Assembly: GCA_964019425.1 (NCBI GenBank)
Contig: OZ025782.1
Coordinates: 930,001-994,000 of the forward strand
From: Flectonema sp. DT1601
Taxonomy: Eukaryota
DNA length: 64,000 nucleotides
Reading direction: 5' to 3'
Shown: positions 61,792-64,000 of the stretch, piece after piece
Numbering within the stretch: the stretch's first letter is position 1
How the letters are laid out: every line of letters begins with the position of its first letter
Notes under the pieces: model-generated
The model's input: only the letters and a program-made list of their open reading frames with translations
What the model was told of the DNA's origin: nothing
Databases searched by the model: none
Made by a program: the position numbers and the translations under genes

Positions 61792-63177
61792 TCAATACAA
61801 TATTTCAATTGCTTTCATAAAAAGGATGAAAACAAACAGACATATCACAGCTTTGAGTCGACTGCTACCAGAAGTAGGAAGTTCTTTAACTTTAAGAGTA
61901 CCTTCGTGATCAATAGCTACGAGTTTTACTGTTTTAGAATTGCCGAGAGGAGATGAAACAGAAAAGGAAGTTATCGGAGAATTGAATAATTGAACGTCCC
62001 ACACCACTACGGTGATGTCATCTGCACGGCGGATGCACACTCTGCCGCAGGTGTGAGCGATTCCAACCAACTTTCCGTTTTTAGAACAAGTCATCGCTGT
62101 GTGGACACCTCCAGTATACACCTCAACCTTCTGACGAATTGTTATAATCGGTGATCCAACTTCTTTAGCCCAACTCTTAACGTCTTCATCATCACTGCTG
62201 AAAGGGTCGTCTGCTTCAGTACGACGATCACCAGTAACTTTTATTGAATAGACTTTTATAGTTTTCAAGGTTGTGGTAAACAACACTCTTCGATTCGGAT
62301 GAAACACCAAATCCACGAAACTGCTGTTGGTAAGCCTCAGCTTAAAAACAACAGCTGTAGACTTACTCGTACTTTCCATTAATTTATTTCTTCTGGCACC
62401 TGATGCATGAATATCATACGCCCTGTAAATGAACAGAGATCCCTGCGGTGTAATTGTAGCGACCAGAATTGGACAAGCTTGACGAGCTGATAGCTGATCA
62501 GGATTATTTGTGTACGCATCACAGTTATGTAAAGGTGGAATAGAAACATCTATCGATCGGAAAATGTTGGAGGCCAACTGTTTACCTCCTTCAGGAAGTT
62601 GCTGCTGAGGGGGGCTTGCCCAAAACTGACCACAACTATCTTTAGTAACGTAAAGGTCACCCGTTGGTGATATCATTACATTCGCACTTGGGGATATAGC
62701 ACACATTGAATATAAAGGAAAACCTCCCTGAGGTAAGGAATCAACGATACCTCTAGCTAATACAATAATACCATCGCTCTTTGATCCTCCAGATATCTGA
62801 AGGGACCACAGAAGGAATAGATTTGGTTTGTGGAGAGACACAATATAGATTTCATTTTTTGTAGTGTTACGAGTGTGCTTGCTTGCTGACACCAAGTCAC
62901 CAACATCATTTGGGATTGTGGCCACTGCGACAGCAATTAGATCCAACACCTTAGTCAGAGATCTACGTCTTCGCTTTGACTCAAATATTCCGATAAATCT
63001 TTTCCCGCACATCAACACCTCTTCCCTCCCTTCTAACCACTCGCATGACTGAATGCCACCTTCGACTACAAAAGTTGTCCCTTCAGTCCCCCCCGACCTC
63101 CCACACTGTGAGATATTAAAACGAATTGCCTGCTCATTTCTTGAGGTCAGGGGATCTTTTGAGCGCTTTTTTCTCAT
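61792..63177 (-). CDS. Hypothetical beta-rich (WD40-like) protein; 3' end may be spliced
   Basis: Long ORF with beta-propeller-like segments (FVDLVFHPNRRVLF, TAMTCSKNGKLVGIA, ITSFSVS); first ATG at 63177. Confidence 0.6.
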   Translation of the reverse strand: MRKKRSKDPLTSRNEQAIRFNISQCGRSGGTEGTTFVVEGGIQSCEWLEGREEVLMCGKRFIGIFESKRRRRSLTKVLDLIAVAVATIPNDVGDLVSASKHTRNTTKNEIYIVSLHKPNLFLLWSLQISGGSKSDGIIVLARGIVDSLPQGGFPLYSMCAISPSANVMISPTGDLYVTKDSCGQFWASPPQQQLPEGGKQLASNIFRSIDVSIPPLHNCDAYTNNPDQLSARQACPILVATITPQGSLFIYRAYDIHASGARRNKLMESTSKSTAVVFKLRLTNSSFVDLVFHPNRRVLFTTTLKTIKVYSIKVTGDRRTEADDPFSSDDEDVKSWAKEVGSPIITIRQKVEVYTGGVHTAMTCSKNGKLVGIAHTCGRVCIRRADDITVVVWDVQLFNSPITSFSVSSPLGNSKTVKLVAIDHEGTLKVKELPTSGSSRLKAVICLFVFILFMKAIEILY

Positions 63178-63400
63178 CGTGTATTCCTCAGACACAACAA
63201 TACATTATTGGATTGTTGTCATTCTATTCAAGAGTTGAATTAATTATGAAGATCATCAGGTAATCAAATTAATAACAAAAATAATAAAAGAATTGAATTC
63301 GATATCACCATCATTGTTAAAGATGGTTCACATCGTGTAAATGAGAGTAATCACAAAAAGTATAAAAAGCAACTAGCTAAGCAGTAAAGAGAAAGTTAAC

Positions 63401-64000
63401 TTAATATCCTTCCGATGCATCACTACCTATTGAAAATGATTTATCTGTAAAACTATTATCATCAGTTGTCGATGAGTAAGATGATGACATTCGACTACCA
63501 GATGACAGCGATCGCAATGCGGAAGGAGATGGTGAAGGTGATTCTGAATTCTCATCTCCTTTATCTCCGATAGCGCAGTTCCTTCCCTTCGCAGTTGATT
63601 CAGACGGGGGTTCTCTTGTGTTTCTTACTTGTAAGATTGCAACAGTCGGTTCTCGTTGGGAGAAAGAACCTACACTCTGATTCTCTCCAACATGAGAACT
63701 ACAAGAAGTCTGCACAGCAGCATCAGAAAGAATCTGAGCAGATGGATGTTGTTTTTGTTCTGTAACTTTATCGTTCGGTACTTTCTTTACTTTTACTTTC
63801 CTCTTCTTTGATGTCGTAGTAGTTGTCGTCGTTTTCTTCAATTGCTGATGTCCAAATACGCATCTCGCAATCTTCTCCAGAGCTGCATTTGGCCGTCGGT
63901 AGCCCGATTGCTGTGCGCATTTCGGTGGTCTTTCCCGCAAAACACGCTTCTTTGGTGCTTTTTTCACCTTTGCTATTCCGGGGCAGGGCGCAAAATTGCG
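63401..64000 (-). CDS. 3' end of a low-complexity Ser/Lys-rich hypothetical protein, probably starting beyond the window
   Basis: ORF near the right edge on the cluster strand, with no true ATG start in view. Confidence 0.5.
   Translation of the reverse strand, partial: RNFAPCPGIAKVKKAPKKRVLRERPPKCAQQSGYRRPNAALEKIARCVFGHQQLKKTTTTTTTSKKRKVKVKKVPNDKVTEQKQHPSAQILSDAAVQTSCSSHVGENQSVGSFSQREPTVAILQVRNTREPPSESTAKGRNCAIGDKGDENSESPSPSPSALRSLSSGSRMSSSYSSTTDDNSFTDKSFSIGSDASEGY

Overview
AT-rich eukaryotic (protist) genomic window. Every credible gene is on the minus strand and the genes carry short GT-AG introns. This layout and the gene content suggest a euglenozoan, possibly a diplonemid (inference). 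Left to right: (1) the 5' part of an intact non-LTR retrotransposon (1-~3567). Its ORF1 and APE-RT ORF2 are in one frame, separated by a single UAG in a TMV-type CAR-YYA readthrough context and followed by a 2A-like (StopGo) motif directly before the endonuclease. This apparent double-recoding cassette is the most striking item. (2) A recent tandem duplication (~3572-17245 and ~19607-30480) of one 8-exon gene for a ~2,915-aa type II membrane, beta-rich protein that the ORF track splits into many pieces. Copy 1 carries an intronic TIR DNA transposon and an intronic poly(A)-tailed insertion. (3) Single-copy genes: DnaJ protein, ~2,587-aa Pro/Cys-rich multi-pass surface protein, ornithine carbamoyltransferase, VIT1/CCC1 transporter, PMCA-type Ca2+-ATPase, cAMP-receptor-like GPCR, LRR protein, 2OG-Fe(II) oxygenase, a Cys/His-motif protein and hypotheticals. 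All reconstructed introns end in an A/C-rich tract plus ACAG instead of a polypyrimidine tract. Gene models were assembled by hand, with no database searches.
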